Assembly (NCBI GenBank): GCA_951406725.2
Contig: OX597817.1
Span: 116,250,001-116,314,000, forward strand
Reading direction: 5' to 3'
DNA: 64,000 bases
Origin: Octopus vulgaris
Taxonomy: Eukaryota
Shown piece by piece: positions 35,595 through 49,385 of the stretch. Below the pieces are notes generated by a model. That model did no database searches. It saw only the letters and a list, made by a program, of their open reading frames with translations, and was not told the DNA's origin. A program made the position numbers and the translations under genes. The first letter of the stretch is position 1, and each line of letters opens with the position of its first letter.

Positions 35595-38500
35595 ATTATA
35601 TAACAAAATTGTATACCTCCACCCATGTAAAGAAATTTTTCTCATCTAGAATTAATTCGAAAATTTAGACACATTGATTAATCTTATATATTAAAATAGT
35701 TAAGAATTAAAAAAAAATATACATAACGATGGGTTTTTTCCCGTCGACGTTAAAATGACAAGTTTGGATAATTCTTAAACGTAGTATACAATACATTCTT
35801 ACAAAGCGGTATTGTATGTATGTAATTGTGTTGCTTAAACTACAATTTAATGACGGTAATTGTGAATTACCATACAATTAAGAAACAATTTGTATTTTAG
35901 AATCTGTGAAAATATATGGTAAGGACAGAGAGTAATATTTTTAATACACGAAAAGTTTTTAAAACTGTGAAGAGTAGCATTATTTTAATATCATCTATAA
36001 TTCAACTCAATTTCCTGACACCAAATCTTCTAATAATAGCTAAAATAAATGTTCTTTTAAGCAGGCTGTCAATAAAATGTCAGTCGGTTTAATGCTGATA
36101 TCATAGGGTCAGTAAAATAACATAATAGCCACTTACACGACGAAGTATATCGATTCATATAAGATAGATCAAATAAATGAGGCGCCCACTGTTGGCTCTG
36201 ACATGCCTTTTATAAATCTGCGATCAAATTCTGATACTGAATGGATGCAACATTTTCAAATACTACTGAAAGCTCATAGATAATTTTAAAGACGGCAACG
36301 TTATCTAGTCCCTTTTATAAACATGCTGCTTAACTAAATAGGAATGTTTTTAAAATATAGGACTGCCAAACGATTGGTAGTACACTACTGGCCGAATTTG
36401 TGTACAAGTAAATGTTACACCAATTATATCTATCGCACTATATTATTGAATATATCTTGTCCGACTACCTTAACGTACTGACAGCTGTTTTGTATGATCT
36501 AAATAAAATAGGTGTAACTAAAAGTGCTCAGATCAATTTGTTTTCTCTTGTTAGATATTTATGGCAAGATTTTGTACACTAGGTTATAGGGACATTTTTT
36601 GACATCATATCAATATGTTAACTGAAACTGTAGGGCTACTTAATTCATTTCAATAACCAGAAATAATTCGAAATTGATATTAATTATAAGTTTTAGATGT
36701 AGGTAAAAGTTTTCTACTGCAGAATACTCTGTTGTAATATGAGAAAGGGTATGAACGATTTTCTTTGAAAACCATGGAGAAAAACCATATTTACTTCTGG
36801 TGAAAAAATACTGGATGATGTGGTAGTATCCCGAAAACTTAATAGTGTAGATTTATATACTGAATTAAAACGAGCGATTAACGCGTATGAACAGTTTCAT
36901 TCCCGTTTAAATTTTTTTGCATAAGTAAGGATACAGAAATGGTTGATGTACCCGAACACGATAGATTAGAACTGGATGCGTCTTGACTGTGTTATAATAG
37001 GGTATAGATAAGTATTTTGAAGTTTATTTCTATATTCATACTCTTGCTTCTTTATGTTCAAAAATGTGAAAGAAAATTATGTGTGCTTGCGTTTGTGCGT
37101 GTTTCTATGCATGCTTATATGGAGAAAAAAGTTTTCGTTAATAAAAACCGAAGGGTTTAAAGGAATCGGTTCTGTATTTAAGAAAAATGTTTTGCTGTTA
37201 ACTGTGGTAATTGGGGCATATTCATTCTGGAGGAAGGACGAAGTTTTACAGTGCAATGAGTGTACTGCAGTCCCTTGTGTTGGATTAAGAAATTTGAGGA
37301 ATGTGGGGAGCTATGACTATGCAAGAGATGATAGGTTGTATATAAATTTATGCATATATTTTGATTACAGATCCACGAAAATACGCAAAGAACTTCACAG
37401 AGGTACAAGCAATAAATATGTCACTTAGAATTTTTTGTGCCAAAATGTGAAGCCACTATAAGTATTACTAACAAAAGTATTAATAATTTGTCACCGAAAT
37501 TTTAATCTTGCTGCGCCTTCCATATTATAGATGAATACATTTAAATTACTTCAAAGCTGTTACTAAGTGAAATTCGGATCTTTTGTTTGGCTCTACCAGT
37601 GAAAAGTTTGAAGTTTAGTGAAAATTTTATAATTTGGTGTATTGATGCAAGTTTCCACACTGAATCTTGAGATATAATTCACTTTTTCCAGAAAGATTTT
37701 TCAAAAGAGTTACAGAGGATTAAAGTTTGATATTTTTACCCAGCCACAAAAGATTTGGAAACTGCCATTTTGTGCGTGACAACACTTGTCGAATGTAAAC
37801 AAATGAAATACTGGCAGAACTCTGTTTTACACACGCCATATAACTCCACATACCTTTTTTTATTTGTTGGAATCTTCAGATTTTTTTGCGAATTTGTATT
37901 CAAGAAACCGGAATTAATACGATTATGCAAAGGGCAAAAGAAAATGTAAATTTCGTGCGTAAATTGTGGCCTATTTAACTGTTATCTTTAGCAAATATCG
38001 TGGTCACGTTATACCAAATACCTAATGAGTTTTAAGCACTTAATAAGCGACAAAAAGAACACGTGGTAAACAGCTTGGTTTGTTATTATGGAAACAGGTA
38101 GCTATATATCCGTGGCTTTCGGTTGGGGAAAATTACCCCAGATTTGCAAACTTTAAAGGCTATTACCTCTTTATCTTTTGATTTATGACGGTAATGTATT
38201 TCATGTCAATGAATACTTTACAAAGCAACATAAGTACACCAAATATGAAGTAAGTTGGAACAAAAATTGAAGAAATTCAAAAGTGGCAGCCGATCAGAAA
38301 AGATCCTGAAATTCTGTAGTAAATAAATATTAACAACGTTTTAGAAACATCAGGTGCCGAGGTTTACCTTGACAAATAACAACTTCATCATTATTATGTT
38401 GTAAATTGTGTCTTTATTTGTAATTCAGTACACCTGAATAATAATAAATAATAATAATAAATATCTAATTTAATACACATGGGAGTACTGAGAAAATTCG

Positions 38501-39213
38501 AAATGTCAAAAGCTTACGAAATATTTAGTGTACTCTCATTTTGTGACTAAGTTGTAGAGTAGCTTATACATACCATAAAATAAATTGCAATATACATTAC
38601 AAATTAATAACTGTTATTTCCCCCCTGCGTCTCGCAGGCTATTTAGTGCGAACAAAGTTTGCTCTTGAGAATGTTCAATATTTGGAAATTCAACAGCCTA
38701 AAATGTTTAATTACACATCAACATATATCCCTCAAACGTGAGATGCTAGTGTGAAACAATTTGCTATTGATAAATCAGCTTGTTTATCTGACTTTCCAAA
38801 GGCGCAAGGTTGAGGGAAAATACATTTAAATAAAAGTTGTCGTTGGTTGTGAGAAAGTTGCTAGCTACTACCATAAATGTTCAACTAGATAGCGTTTGTT
38901 TCCTCTACAGAGATGTTTTATTTTTGTTACGAGCATACAGTGCAATACCGATCATAAATATGTATGTTTTGTGTATGTATATGAGTAATTTGCTCTCGTT
39001 TTGAATTTTTTTATTTAACAGTGCCAAGCAGTATTATGGTTCTATGACTGCCATTGTGTAAATCATGGGTTTTAATTGTATTTTTCTGCCTTCTTCTCAA
39101 TCCGCAATTATTTTGTACGTTCGAGAGCAACTAAGCACAATCAAAATAACAAACAAAAATACATGGTAAAAAGGGCTAGTAAAATATATAAATACAAGTT
39201 TAGTCCCATGTAT

Positions 39214-40114
39214 TTTAGTAGGATTTGACTCTGTTGTTAGACTTTCGAAAAAATATATTAAATTTAAACCTATTAAATTCGTTATTCATTCGCACCGATC
39301 AAAAACGTGCTTGCATATTTTTCGTCTTTAAGTGTAGGAACTTATTTGTATAAAAAATTTGTATTTACTATAGGATTCTTCCTACAAATATGGTATAACA
39401 ATAGATGTGTCTTGATCAGTGCCTAGTATATAAAGCAGCAAGTCTGTACCATCATTCTTAGAAATAAATACTTGACTTCAAGCTTTCTGTATCCCTCTTT
39501 CAATAATGTTAATGTAAAATAAAATGCAATGTAATCGCCACATACGTACACATACATATGCAAAGAAAGTTTTACGTTTTGTGTACACTCACAAAATCTG
39601 GAGAACGTCTGTAACAATTAGGCACACTCTGTGAACGTGCGCAAAATTGTGCATCCCTTTCATTTCTGGTTTTAGGAGAAGGAATCATTTTAAAAAGAAA
39701 CTCTTGACCCATTTAATAGGACTGTAATCTTACATATTGAAAAACATAACTCCGAAGAAATTATCGAAAAAATAACAATATAGAAAAGCATACAGAAATA
39801 GTTATATAGTGGTCTTCCATCAACGTTCCGCAACTTAAGGTATCAGTTATGTCGTTTTATATTTTTCGTCGTACAGGTGAGATGAAATCTTTTGCTTCAA
39901 AAGTTTAGATATGTTTTACCATAATGAGAAAGCGAGGAAATCATCATATAATTCAATCATCTTCCAGTCCTATATATATATTCAAAATGTAACCACATGT
40001 GAATCGTTCGTGATTTTCTTCCCTTCTTTTGGACTTTCCTCTATTTCTAAAGAAAAGGTTTAGTAGGCTTTGCTCTGTTGTTAGATTTTCGAAAAATATA
40101 TTAATTTATACTAT
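39214..40114. repeat. ~57-bp direct repeat pair (39214-39273, 40059-40114)
   Basis: tttagtaggatttgactctgttgttagactttcgaaaaaatatattaaattta vs tttagtaggctttgctctgttgttagattttcgaaaaatatattaattta. Confidence 0.75.
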
Positions 40115-41319
40115 ATACCTTAAAAAAATACAGTTATTTGAGAGACAGTTTATTTTATTAATGCTACAGTCTGTCATTATATTGATGAAGATATTGAAAT
40201 TCCGTTGTGAAATGAAATGAGGAAGACAAAATTTAGGACAACTTGATAAATTGACAGCACGAGCCAACGAATAATTAGCATTAACTCGATGATAAATGCC
40301 TTCAGCAATATGGTATCATGCGCAACTGATGATTCACCATCTGAAACGGTTTACCAAATTATTCCGATCTCATATAGCCTAAAGAAAGTATCCTATCTGT
40401 TCATAGTTACTTGTGTAATTTATCATCAACATCTTTTTGCTAAGAGTTAAATGTTTAGTAAATATTTCAAAGCCTTTATTCAATATTTACGCTTAGGAAA
40501 ATGAAATCTCTGACTTTAAACAGAAATCTCTTTGATTAATTACGAGGAGATAATAACAAAAACTACCCCTCCGAATTTGAAGGTCGATGGCAGCCGAAAC
40601 ACTTCGTCCAGATTTGCGACACAAGTGTTGAATTTTTACTTATAAATCATGTCCACCAACTATTGAATAGGCTGGTTTTATTTGTGGAGTTGCGACTTAC
40701 CTAGTTGATATTTATGGTGCGATGAACAGCCTAATTTTCAAATGTGAGAATGTAATTCTAATCTGATAAACGCGGTGGATTTATAATATTACTCGCAGGG
40801 ATTTCTGTCAGATTCAATCAATGAAAGGATTTTCAATTATTTATAGATGATAATGAGAAAGCTACGCCAAAAATTTTAAATAAATTAAGGAAAAGTTTAA
40901 AACGGGTTTTAATGACATGAATAAAGTGAAGATCCTAACTGGTTAAATGTTCTATTCGTGTGCGAAATACAAGAATAAACATTAACAAGAGACCATTATT
41001 GATTTACAAAATCGGGAATAAATATAATATATTTGAATCTCAAAACTAGTGTGAAATACTGTAGCAATATAATCCGAAATATCCTTTATTCTAGAGTGAA
41101 ACCAAAGTAATTTTTATTGCATTAAACTCATCATACATGGTGGTAAACACTTTTAATCAAGAAAAAGAAAAAAACCATATGAAAAAACGATAGTGCAGCG
41201 TGGGAGAAATTTTAAAGCAAATAGTGCAAAACGAATGGATGGTCATAATCCGCATATATCACATTATTAATAGATGTATGTTATTTCAATCATTCTTATT
41301 TTAATCATATGCTTTTCAA

Positions 41320-41827
41320 ATTTTGACACAACGGCAGTAATTTCGGGGAGGGAGAAGGTCCATTACATCGACCCCTGTACTGGTATTTGTTTTAGGATGA
41401 AAGACAAATCAATGTAGGTGGAATTTGAACTCAGAACGTAAAGACGGACGAAATGCCACTAGGCATTTTTACTCGTTATGCTAACAATTCTCCCACCTCA
41501 CCACCGTTGGTTTGAAATTTGGGAACAACGCCAGCAATTTAGAGGGTAGGCTGTTAAGACAATTATATCGACCAATATGATCAACTGGTACTTGTTTTAT
41601 TGACCCTAAATGGATGAAACACAATGTCAACCCCGGCAGAAATAGAACCCAGAACGTAAAGACAGATAAAATGCAGCTAAGCATTGTGGCCGGCATGCTA
41701 ACTTTTCTCCCAGCTCACCGCCTTAAAATCGATCTCGGTGGAATTTGAACTCAGAAAGTAAAGACGGATGAAATGCCGTGAAGCATTTTTACCCGCCGTG
41801 CTGACGATTATTCCAGCTCACAACCTT
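41320..41827 (-). mobile_element. Head-to-tail cluster of three partial family-B tRNA-derived SINEs
   Basis: ggaatttgaactcagaacgtaaagacggacgaaatgcc...agcatttt...ctaac.attct.ccagctcacc recurs three times (~41324-41505, 41506-41724, 41728-41827). The minus strand gives a B-box-like GAGTTCAAATTCC. Confidence 0.8.
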
Positions 41828-44035
41828 CTTATTTTAATCAAAGTAATAAATCCTGTGTACTACTACAATTATTCTTTATTATTCAAAATGCGTTCAACGT
41901 GAAATGATAAAATTGCTTGCATTCATTTGTAATTCAATTCCAGGGGCTACATTTATACATTTGCTTCAGCGTGAGCAAGAATATAATTGAGGCACTTACA
42001 AAAAAAAAAGTCTGGTAAATATTGATGTAAAAGGGAAAAACAAAAAGTATTTATTTAATATAAGTTTATTGATTAACTGTTCAAACTTTTTACCGTTTCA
42101 GGTAGATCTAAATTATTTTGAGTTCTTATTTTGTGGATTTCATTTTATTCGGTAGTACTAGACAATAGGTTTCTAGCTTGTGAAGCCATATCGAACGTAA
42201 AGTGAAAATCTCCATACATTTCAGGGTGACACTCTATATAGTACGCTACATTGTTTTATACAATCGAGAGAATGTATATTTATATAGGCATTTGTTACTT
42301 TGCTAAATAGACACAATCAGCCGATACTTTAACTATACGATAACAATGTAAAATTTACATTGCTTACAAAAATATCTTTGTAAAATACAAAGATGGTTCA
42401 ATTTGCAGTGCACTTAATTTCTAAAAGTACAAATCAAATAAACCTCTTAGATGTTCAAGTTTGTTTAAAATGTTTTTGATAAGGTTTTTAATGAATTTGT
42501 TTCCTGCATTTATGTTTACATATCAGCCTTATATTATTTTTATATTTCACAGTTAATGCTTATTACTGTGTAATGCACTTTCCGAAATAGATAATCTTGT
42601 GGGCGTTGAATATGAATAGGTTAAAAGTATATCGCCCATATTAATTGTATTGCAACATTGTTGCAAGTTGATCGGTTTACAAAGTGGAAGGTAGAATTTT
42701 GCAGGAAAACGCTGGGAAATCGGAGATTGTAGACAAACATGAATTTACAATCATTTTAAAGTGGATAACACTGAGTAGAAACAGTGTTCATGCATCACTG
42801 TTGCATCTATGGAGACATAATATCCATAAGAATTTAGTTACAGTTAAGGAAAATACGATTTTGCTTGTAGAGATTTTAAATGAGGCGACCCATTTTATTC
42901 CTTTGAAATATTTGACAGGTCTGCAATCAAACGAAAAGAAAAGAAAAACAAAACAACAGAAAATTATCCCACATCATCAGTAGTTCGCATTTATTGTAGA
43001 GGAACATGTACGTTAATGTATTACATATTCACAGTATACGGTTCGCATAGAAACAACTTTAATTTGTTTTATGACTGAAATAGAATAATCTTTAATATAC
43101 CTACTTCCTAGTCTCTTAGCTCTTCGTGTACCAAACATTTCTGTGTATCTAATCGAATGTTTCTGATTTGTTTTTCTTTAGTTATATTATCCTCTGCACG
43201 GTTTGTGTAGTTATAAAATGTCGATGTTGTTGAGTATTTTTGTGAAGTTTTAATAGATTGATATCAGTCGTGTTGATTATTTCTATTTCCCCTTTATAAA
43301 AACAGATCCTCGTCAACTGTATTGCTTACGCTGTATATTTTTCATTATATTATGGTGCTTATGGTAATAGAGATTGGAAAGGAGCATTTAAATTGAACAG
43401 TTTGTGTGGTTATTTTAGTTGCTATAATAATGACGATTTTGCTTACTTCATCAATGCATAACTGTATAAAGGATGACTGTTGCGTAATCATACATAAAAA
43501 TATCACACAGAACAATTTTTAAATGAGTTCCTGTAGTAACAACCCAGTAGTTCGTATATCAGGAACTTCACTGTTCCACATAATCTGTGTGAAAGGCTGT
43601 TATTGATGAAAGGTTCGCTATTACCAACTGACTGAGCAACAACTGAATAGTTGTGTGTTTACGAAAGGTACATGAACACTCTATTGCATATATTTACATA
43701 ATGGATATATTTCTAAAACTATAATAACAAACATATTGCAGCTATGACAAACACTCTTCTTAAGCACTATCATCATTAAGAACAGACTTGATAAGTCTGA
43801 TGGTACACATAATTGTTGTTAATGAGTGTGTTTGCCGTAGCTGAGATATTTATTTTATAATGCCTTTTTAATATGTTTAAATCTAAAAGAAATGTAAAAC
43901 ATGTAAAGGAAAGCTATGAAATTGTGAAAAATAAAACTATATTTTGAATTGCATATTACTTTTGGAATGCTATTTTTCTCTGTCTGTTTTCTATATTTCC
44001 GCAAATTACGACACCTTCACAGGAAACTAGAAAGT

Positions 44036-44288
44036 CATATTATTTACATTATTTATATTTGACGGATATTTGTTCTCATCTTTTTTGTTGTTAACATAGC
44101 GATTCGGTTAGTATACCCTCCAGCCTTCATCAGGTGTCTGGGGAAATGTCGAACCTGGGTTCTCATTACTAAGGCTGGAGGGCATATCAGCCGAAATGTT
44201 GTGTTAACAAGAAACAAGATGAGGACAAATATCCGTCAATTGTAAATAAGGTAAATAATGTATATAATTCCTCATTTCTTAAATCTAG
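44036..44288. mobile_element. Fold-back PLE-derived element with hammerhead relic, flanked by an 11-bp direct repeat
   Basis: Arms ~44038-44127 and 44171-44262 are reverse complements. Minus arm: CTGATGA-aggctg. Plus arm: GGCTG-gagggcatat-CAGCC-GAAA-tgtt. AACTAGAAAGT occurs at 44025-44035 and 44289-44299. Confidence 0.75.
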
Positions 44289-45152
44289 AACTAGAAAGTA
44301 CTAGTTGTGAGAACGTTGAGGGTAAAGGCCTGAAACAGTGAGTTGATGAAGTTCTCTTCCATTCGTAATGTTATTACTAATCGAAACTGTTACAATTCGA
44401 ACATATTACGAGCAATATGTTGAATATTTGAGACGTTCTATACATTCTTTGGCGATGTACGCTATTATGTGAATGACATACATTCGTTCTTTGGAAGTTA
44501 TTGAAAATCGATAAATATTGCTAGATATGCCTTAATACTGAGGCAACAGTACAGTATTATTGACAAATTTTGCGATATATTATTAAATTCACAACGTTTG
44601 TTAATAATAGCATCATATACTGTAGATGCAGTTGGTAGTTTATATAGATACGCCGTGAATAAGTTACTGTCCCTAACTATGTAGTCTTTTCATATATATC
44701 TAGTATTAGGTTGTACAACATAACTCTTTCTTTATTTAAAACGCTAATTGTGCTAATTGAGGGAGGTATGATTGCTAACTTATAGAAGCTCGAGTGAGTG
44801 AATGGAATATTTCTGGTTGGTTTCATTAAGAAACTATCGAGGAATAAAATTATTATGATTTTCATTTCGGTGCGAAAATAGTCAGGATTTAAATTGACAA
44901 TCCGTAACATTCCATTTTATTACCCCAGGTCATTATTGTGCTTAGCGAGTGAACTTAATAATCCTTCGAATACATGACATGCTTCATGCGTTTCATCTGA
45001 AGAATTATGCTTGTTTATCATAATAACTACAGAGTTACGCAAGAAAAAAACCACATAATTCTTCTCCAATGAAAGAAGTAATTATTTGACATATCAAGAA
45101 GTTGTACATAATTGCTATGCACGATTCCAGTAATAATAATAATAATAATAAT

Positions 45153-45345
45153 ATCTTGAGAAGTACATGGAACAAATAGGGGCTGCAATAAGGGTGGAGC
45201 ACTTGCAGAAAACAGTACTGCTTGCAACCACTCGAATACTCCGGAAGTTACGCGAAAAAAAAGAGGTGTTACCTTAGTTCACTGGTAGTGAACAGCTGAC
45301 ACAGTAGTACATCTCCAGCGTTAGAAGCTGAGAAGCTGTGCAAAT
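45153..45345 (+). mobile_element. 5'-truncated R4/Dong-type LINE 3' end inserted in (TAA)n
   Basis: From 45155 it reads LEKYMEQIGAAIRVEHLQKTVLLATTRILRKL (cf. QKIVSTRTAHILRR of the element at 10198). It has a 3' hairpin gttcact-ggt-agtgaac, (TAA)n at 45131-45152 and a TGA/TAA tail at 45346-45370. Confidence 0.8.
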
Positions 45346-45370
45346 ATGATAATGATGATAATAATAATAA

Positions 45371-45585
45371 TCCTTTCTACTAAAGGCACAAGGCCTGAAA
45401 TTTGGTGGGAGGAACTAGTCACTTACATCGACCCCAGTGTTTCACTGGTACTTAATTTATTGACCTCGAAAGAATGAAAGGCAAAGTCGATTTCGGCAAA
45501 ATTTGAATCCAGAAGGTAGCGACGAGCGAAATAACGCTAAGCATTTTGCCCAGCGTGATAACGATTCCGCCAGCTAGCCGCCTTA
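45371..45585 (-). mobile_element. Family-B tRNA-derived SINE, near full length
   Basis: Minus strand: ggcggctagctggcggaatcgtt (A-box-like) ... ggattcaaattttgcc (B-box-like) ... gactttgcctttcattctttcgaggtcaataaattaagtacc ... ctggggtcgatgtaa. Confidence 0.8.
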
Positions 45586-45599
45586 AAAAAAATTTTTTT

Positions 45600-45649
<50 letters not shown>

Positions 45650-45985
45650 GATGAGGATGATTATGATGGTGGTGATAACAACAGCAACAATAAAAACAAC
45701 AAAAACCACAGTATTAAGGGTCCAAAGAAATCAGTCTGTGGTTCCCTTGAAATAATCCCGAGAAAACTAGCATATACGAAATCCAATAAATAATAAGAAA
45801 CAACAAAGCGTACACTCTAAGTACTTATAATCTATATTCCCCAAAACTTCTTTTTCTTTAGCCAAGAATGAAAATACAATAGGAACGGAAGCTGTGTAGA
45901 ATAATGACATTACTCTACAATGCCTGCCGTAAGTGATTGGTTGTCGTTTGGCAGTATTTATCAATTAGCAGATATCAAAGTAAAA

Positions 45986-46009
45986 GTAGTAGTAGTGGTA
46001 GTAGTAGTG

Positions 46010-46040
<31 letters not shown>

Positions 46041-46160
46041 AAGCAGCAGTAGCAGTAGTAGTAGTAGTTGTTGTTGTTATTGTTGTAGTAGTTGTTGTAC
46101 TAGTAGTAGTACCAGTTGTAGTAGTAGTAGTAGTAGTAGTAGTAAGAAGAAGAAGAAGAA
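45986..46160. repeat. (TAG)n/(TTG)n/(AAG)n trinucleotide microsatellite
   Basis: Directly visible; source of the poly-V and poly-S pseudo-ORFs. Confidence 0.95.
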
Positions 46161-47894
46161 ATGTTGGTATATTTTAAACAATTTGGTCAGTTGCAAAAGT
46201 CTTAAAAAGTCTTAAAAAAGAAATATATTGACGATTATTCGCAAAAACAACATAAATTTGAAAGACATACTGAGGTGTCCATTGATGAAATAGCCGCTGA
46301 GGTAGTGAGGTTTTGTATGTGATTTCGATGACCACAGAGAAAACATAAATTTCAATGTTTCGTCCTAGCTAATAGCCTTCACACTGAATAATAATATCTT
46401 TTGACTCGCAATGTTGGATAATGTTATATAGCGTGTTATATATAGAGAAAACGGTTTTATTACTACTTTTCATGAAATATTTCTAATCGGTAAATCTAAA
46501 AATATTGATACTGCCAATTTTTTTTTTTTACTATTAAAATCAATATTCCTATCTAAGAAAGGTTAATGTGTACAATACATATTCCGTTTATTCATTGTTA
46601 ATTTTCGCTTAAATAGAAGGTAATATTCTATACTGGCTGCACGGATGAACACTATCTCACTCTGCGACCTCTTTTTTTATAGTTATGAAAATTTCCATAG
46701 TAGCGATTTGCTAATGCAATGGTTACTGCGGGTTTTACTCATTCGTTTATGTTATCAGTAAGCACTAACATGTTAAAGGGCTGCAACCTAAAGCGCTTGC
46801 TCTTTAGTGTAATCAAATGAAGAATGTTCCCGATATGCCATTCATAAATTTCTAAATAGGAAATTTGATTATGCTCTCGTATATGGCAGGTAATGCATGA
46901 ACGTTTTAAGAGTATTTTATGAACGATAAATGAACCATTAGCGAACTTCTATAGCATTTCAAACATGTATTCGTCCATTGTAACCGTCTTAATGAGTATA
47001 TGGCTACTGGAACCCATTTACACTTTGCTTTGTATAAAATTACCCATTTAATTTCCTATAGAGATGTTGACTTTGTAATCTCCCTTATTTTATATATTGT
47101 CATTCATGAATATATTTTCACGCGTGTAGAGTCAATTTGATGAGATATTTCTTGCTACTAAGTAAACCTTGCGCTTATTATATTATAGTAGTTATAAGCA
47201 AGGACAAGTTTTATATTTATTATCCTTGCATATAATACACCTGAAAACCGCATTTTCTAAATGGGAAAAATAGATAGCTTTGATTAAATTTAGGGATTAT
47301 TCTGAGAAGCTTAAGTGAAAAGCATACACACACATGCATAGACATTATAAAACAATTTTTAAGCTGCCGTGAAATACAAGAATATATTGTATAAACATGA
47401 AAGGTCACAAATACTTTATACTACAACTAGTATTTAATTGTAAAGGCACGTAGGTTACATTCCCATACCTCTTTGTGTCCTTGACTGAGGTTTTTCACTA
47501 AACACTATCTCTAAACTCTTTAACTGAATATGTGTGACAGCAAGGGTTCGGTAGTCTTCATTCCCTCCAACTTTGACGTCCACGATGTTATACTAGGGTG
47601 GGCAAGTGTGTAAATAACTGCCTGTAACTCCATAGACGCTTAAATGAATTAACAAAAACATACCTCATTCTCATATATAATACTAGTTTCAGAGTACGGC
47701 AAATGTCGGCTGGTCAGTTGTTTTAGATAGCAATAACTGATTTTATTCCTCAGAAAAGTACGAATGCTATAATTTCCATAGTTGCATCGCTTATAAGAGA
47801 TACAAGATTAAAATTGTTTTCTTTAAGATCTTTCAAAATATTTCTTGGGTGTACCTTTGCTCATAAATACAATATTTCATACAATATTTCGTGC

Positions 47895-48072
47895 AGCATA
47901 GCGGCATTTCATGCGAATTTTACTTTCCGAGTTCAAATAGTGGCGAAGTCGACTTTGCCATTCACCCTTTGTTGATTGATAAAATAAGCACCAGTTTAGC
48001 ACTGGGGTCGATGTAATCATTGTAACCCTACACGCCCACCTTGATTGCCTGGTATCCGAATTTGGAACCAAT
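47895..48072 (+). mobile_element. Family-B SINE copy
   Basis: gagttcaaat...gtcgactttgccattcaccctttg...gataaaataagcaccagt...cactggggtcgatgtaatc. Confidence 0.7.
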
Positions 48073-48881
48073 ATTCCGTGCATCGTAATAATTAAAATAA
48101 ATAAAGAAATGCACAGTATTATATATGGCTATACTCTGATGTAAAGCAATAAACAGTATTTCTTAATGAATCAGACCTGAAAATTAAATGCAATGAAAAT
48201 TCCTGTTAGTTGTCTGTACAATATATTCGGTAGTTATAGATTCCAAATAACATGAATAAAATTTTGTTTCCTGATGTTAAAACTAAAATATTCCAGTATA
48301 TTTTTTGAATTGCACATGCTCCTACAGATAGACACAGACTCGAACACAGACAGACACACACATACACATAGACACACACGCGAATACACACATACACATA
48401 CATATACACACAGACATACACAAACAGACACCTACACAAGCGCCATCTTACGCATATCTATATAAATACGAGCCTGGGGCTTGAGATAAAATAAGGCGGT
48501 AGAGCGAGAATGAGAAAGAAAGCGGGTACATATGAGAATAAGGTTGCTCCCTTAACATAATATTGTTAATAGTAAATATGAAATATGTAACAGATATCTA
48601 TATATTCTTTATTCTTTGCTCTAGACGTGAGAATATGTTGACATACCTAAAGTAAATAATGTAGACATGAGTATGTAACCATGTTTTTCTTCAAAAGTTG
48701 ATTTTTAACAGCTAAAAAGGTTATTATATTAACTAGAGCAGAAATGTAAAGGTAATGAACAATTGTAACCCAAGGCAATTATGGATCCGATATACACTAA
48801 TGGCCGTATAACATATATATATATATATCTATATTAAATCTCTGAGTGAGATGTAAACAGTAACAATACAGAATCGTAGCA

Positions 48882-49105
48882 ATAATTGCCAACCAAGTGT
48901 GGTGTCCTTTACGGGACAGTGATACGCGCGTTTGCCTCCCAGTAACTCGAGTCCGTGTGTGTCACGTAAGGCGAAGGATGGGAGCAATGACCTCCCCTTG
49001 CGATTGCTAATCGGATTCAGATTGTGTGTCATTAGCTAGCTAGAAAAGATGTCTTCCTGGGGTAGCACTGTACCTTATAGGACGCCACACTTGGGTAGCA
49101 ATTAT
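48882..49105. mobile_element. MITE-like/fold-back element with ~44-bp inverted termini, near (TA)n
   Basis: ataattgccaaccaagtgtggtgtcctttacgggacagtgatac (48882-48925) vs the reverse complement of 49062-49105, ataattgctacccaagtgtggcgtcctataaggtacagtgctac. Confidence 0.75.
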
Positions 49106-49195
49106 ATGTGTATATATATATATATAAAAGAATTTTTTGCGTAATAAGATAAAAAAAAAAGGCTGTGTAGATGTTAGAGCATTTAAAGATAGAAT

Positions 49196-49247
49196 GTCTT
49201 ACAGTTGTATCTAGGGTATTTATTTATAGTATCCCTTCATCGGAGAC
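49196..49247 (-). ncRNA. Degenerate type I hammerhead relic
   Basis: Minus strand: GTCT-CCGATGA-AGGG(loop)CCCT-a-GATA-CAACTG-TA-AGAC. Stems I and II pair; the core has three substitutions. Confidence 0.5.
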
Positions 49248-49385
49248 GGTATCAGAGGATAGTTAAGTCATAGTTAGTTTAGATGTGATACAAAATAGAG
49301 AGTGAGGTAGAGGAAGGAAAATAGAAGCAAGATATGTGTGTGTGTGTGTGTGTGTGTGCAAGTGTGTGTGTATGTGTGTGTGTCT

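Noticed and set aside
38368-38433. Minus-strand exon-like segment (ttcag|...AAG|GTAAAC)
   Set aside because: Stops in all three frames; at most non-coding, and not supportable without RNA data.
42684-42983. 99-aa plus-strand ORF and a strong minus-strand acceptor at 42920
   Set aside because: No recognisable protein; the minus-strand frames close quickly and no donor or partner exon was identified.
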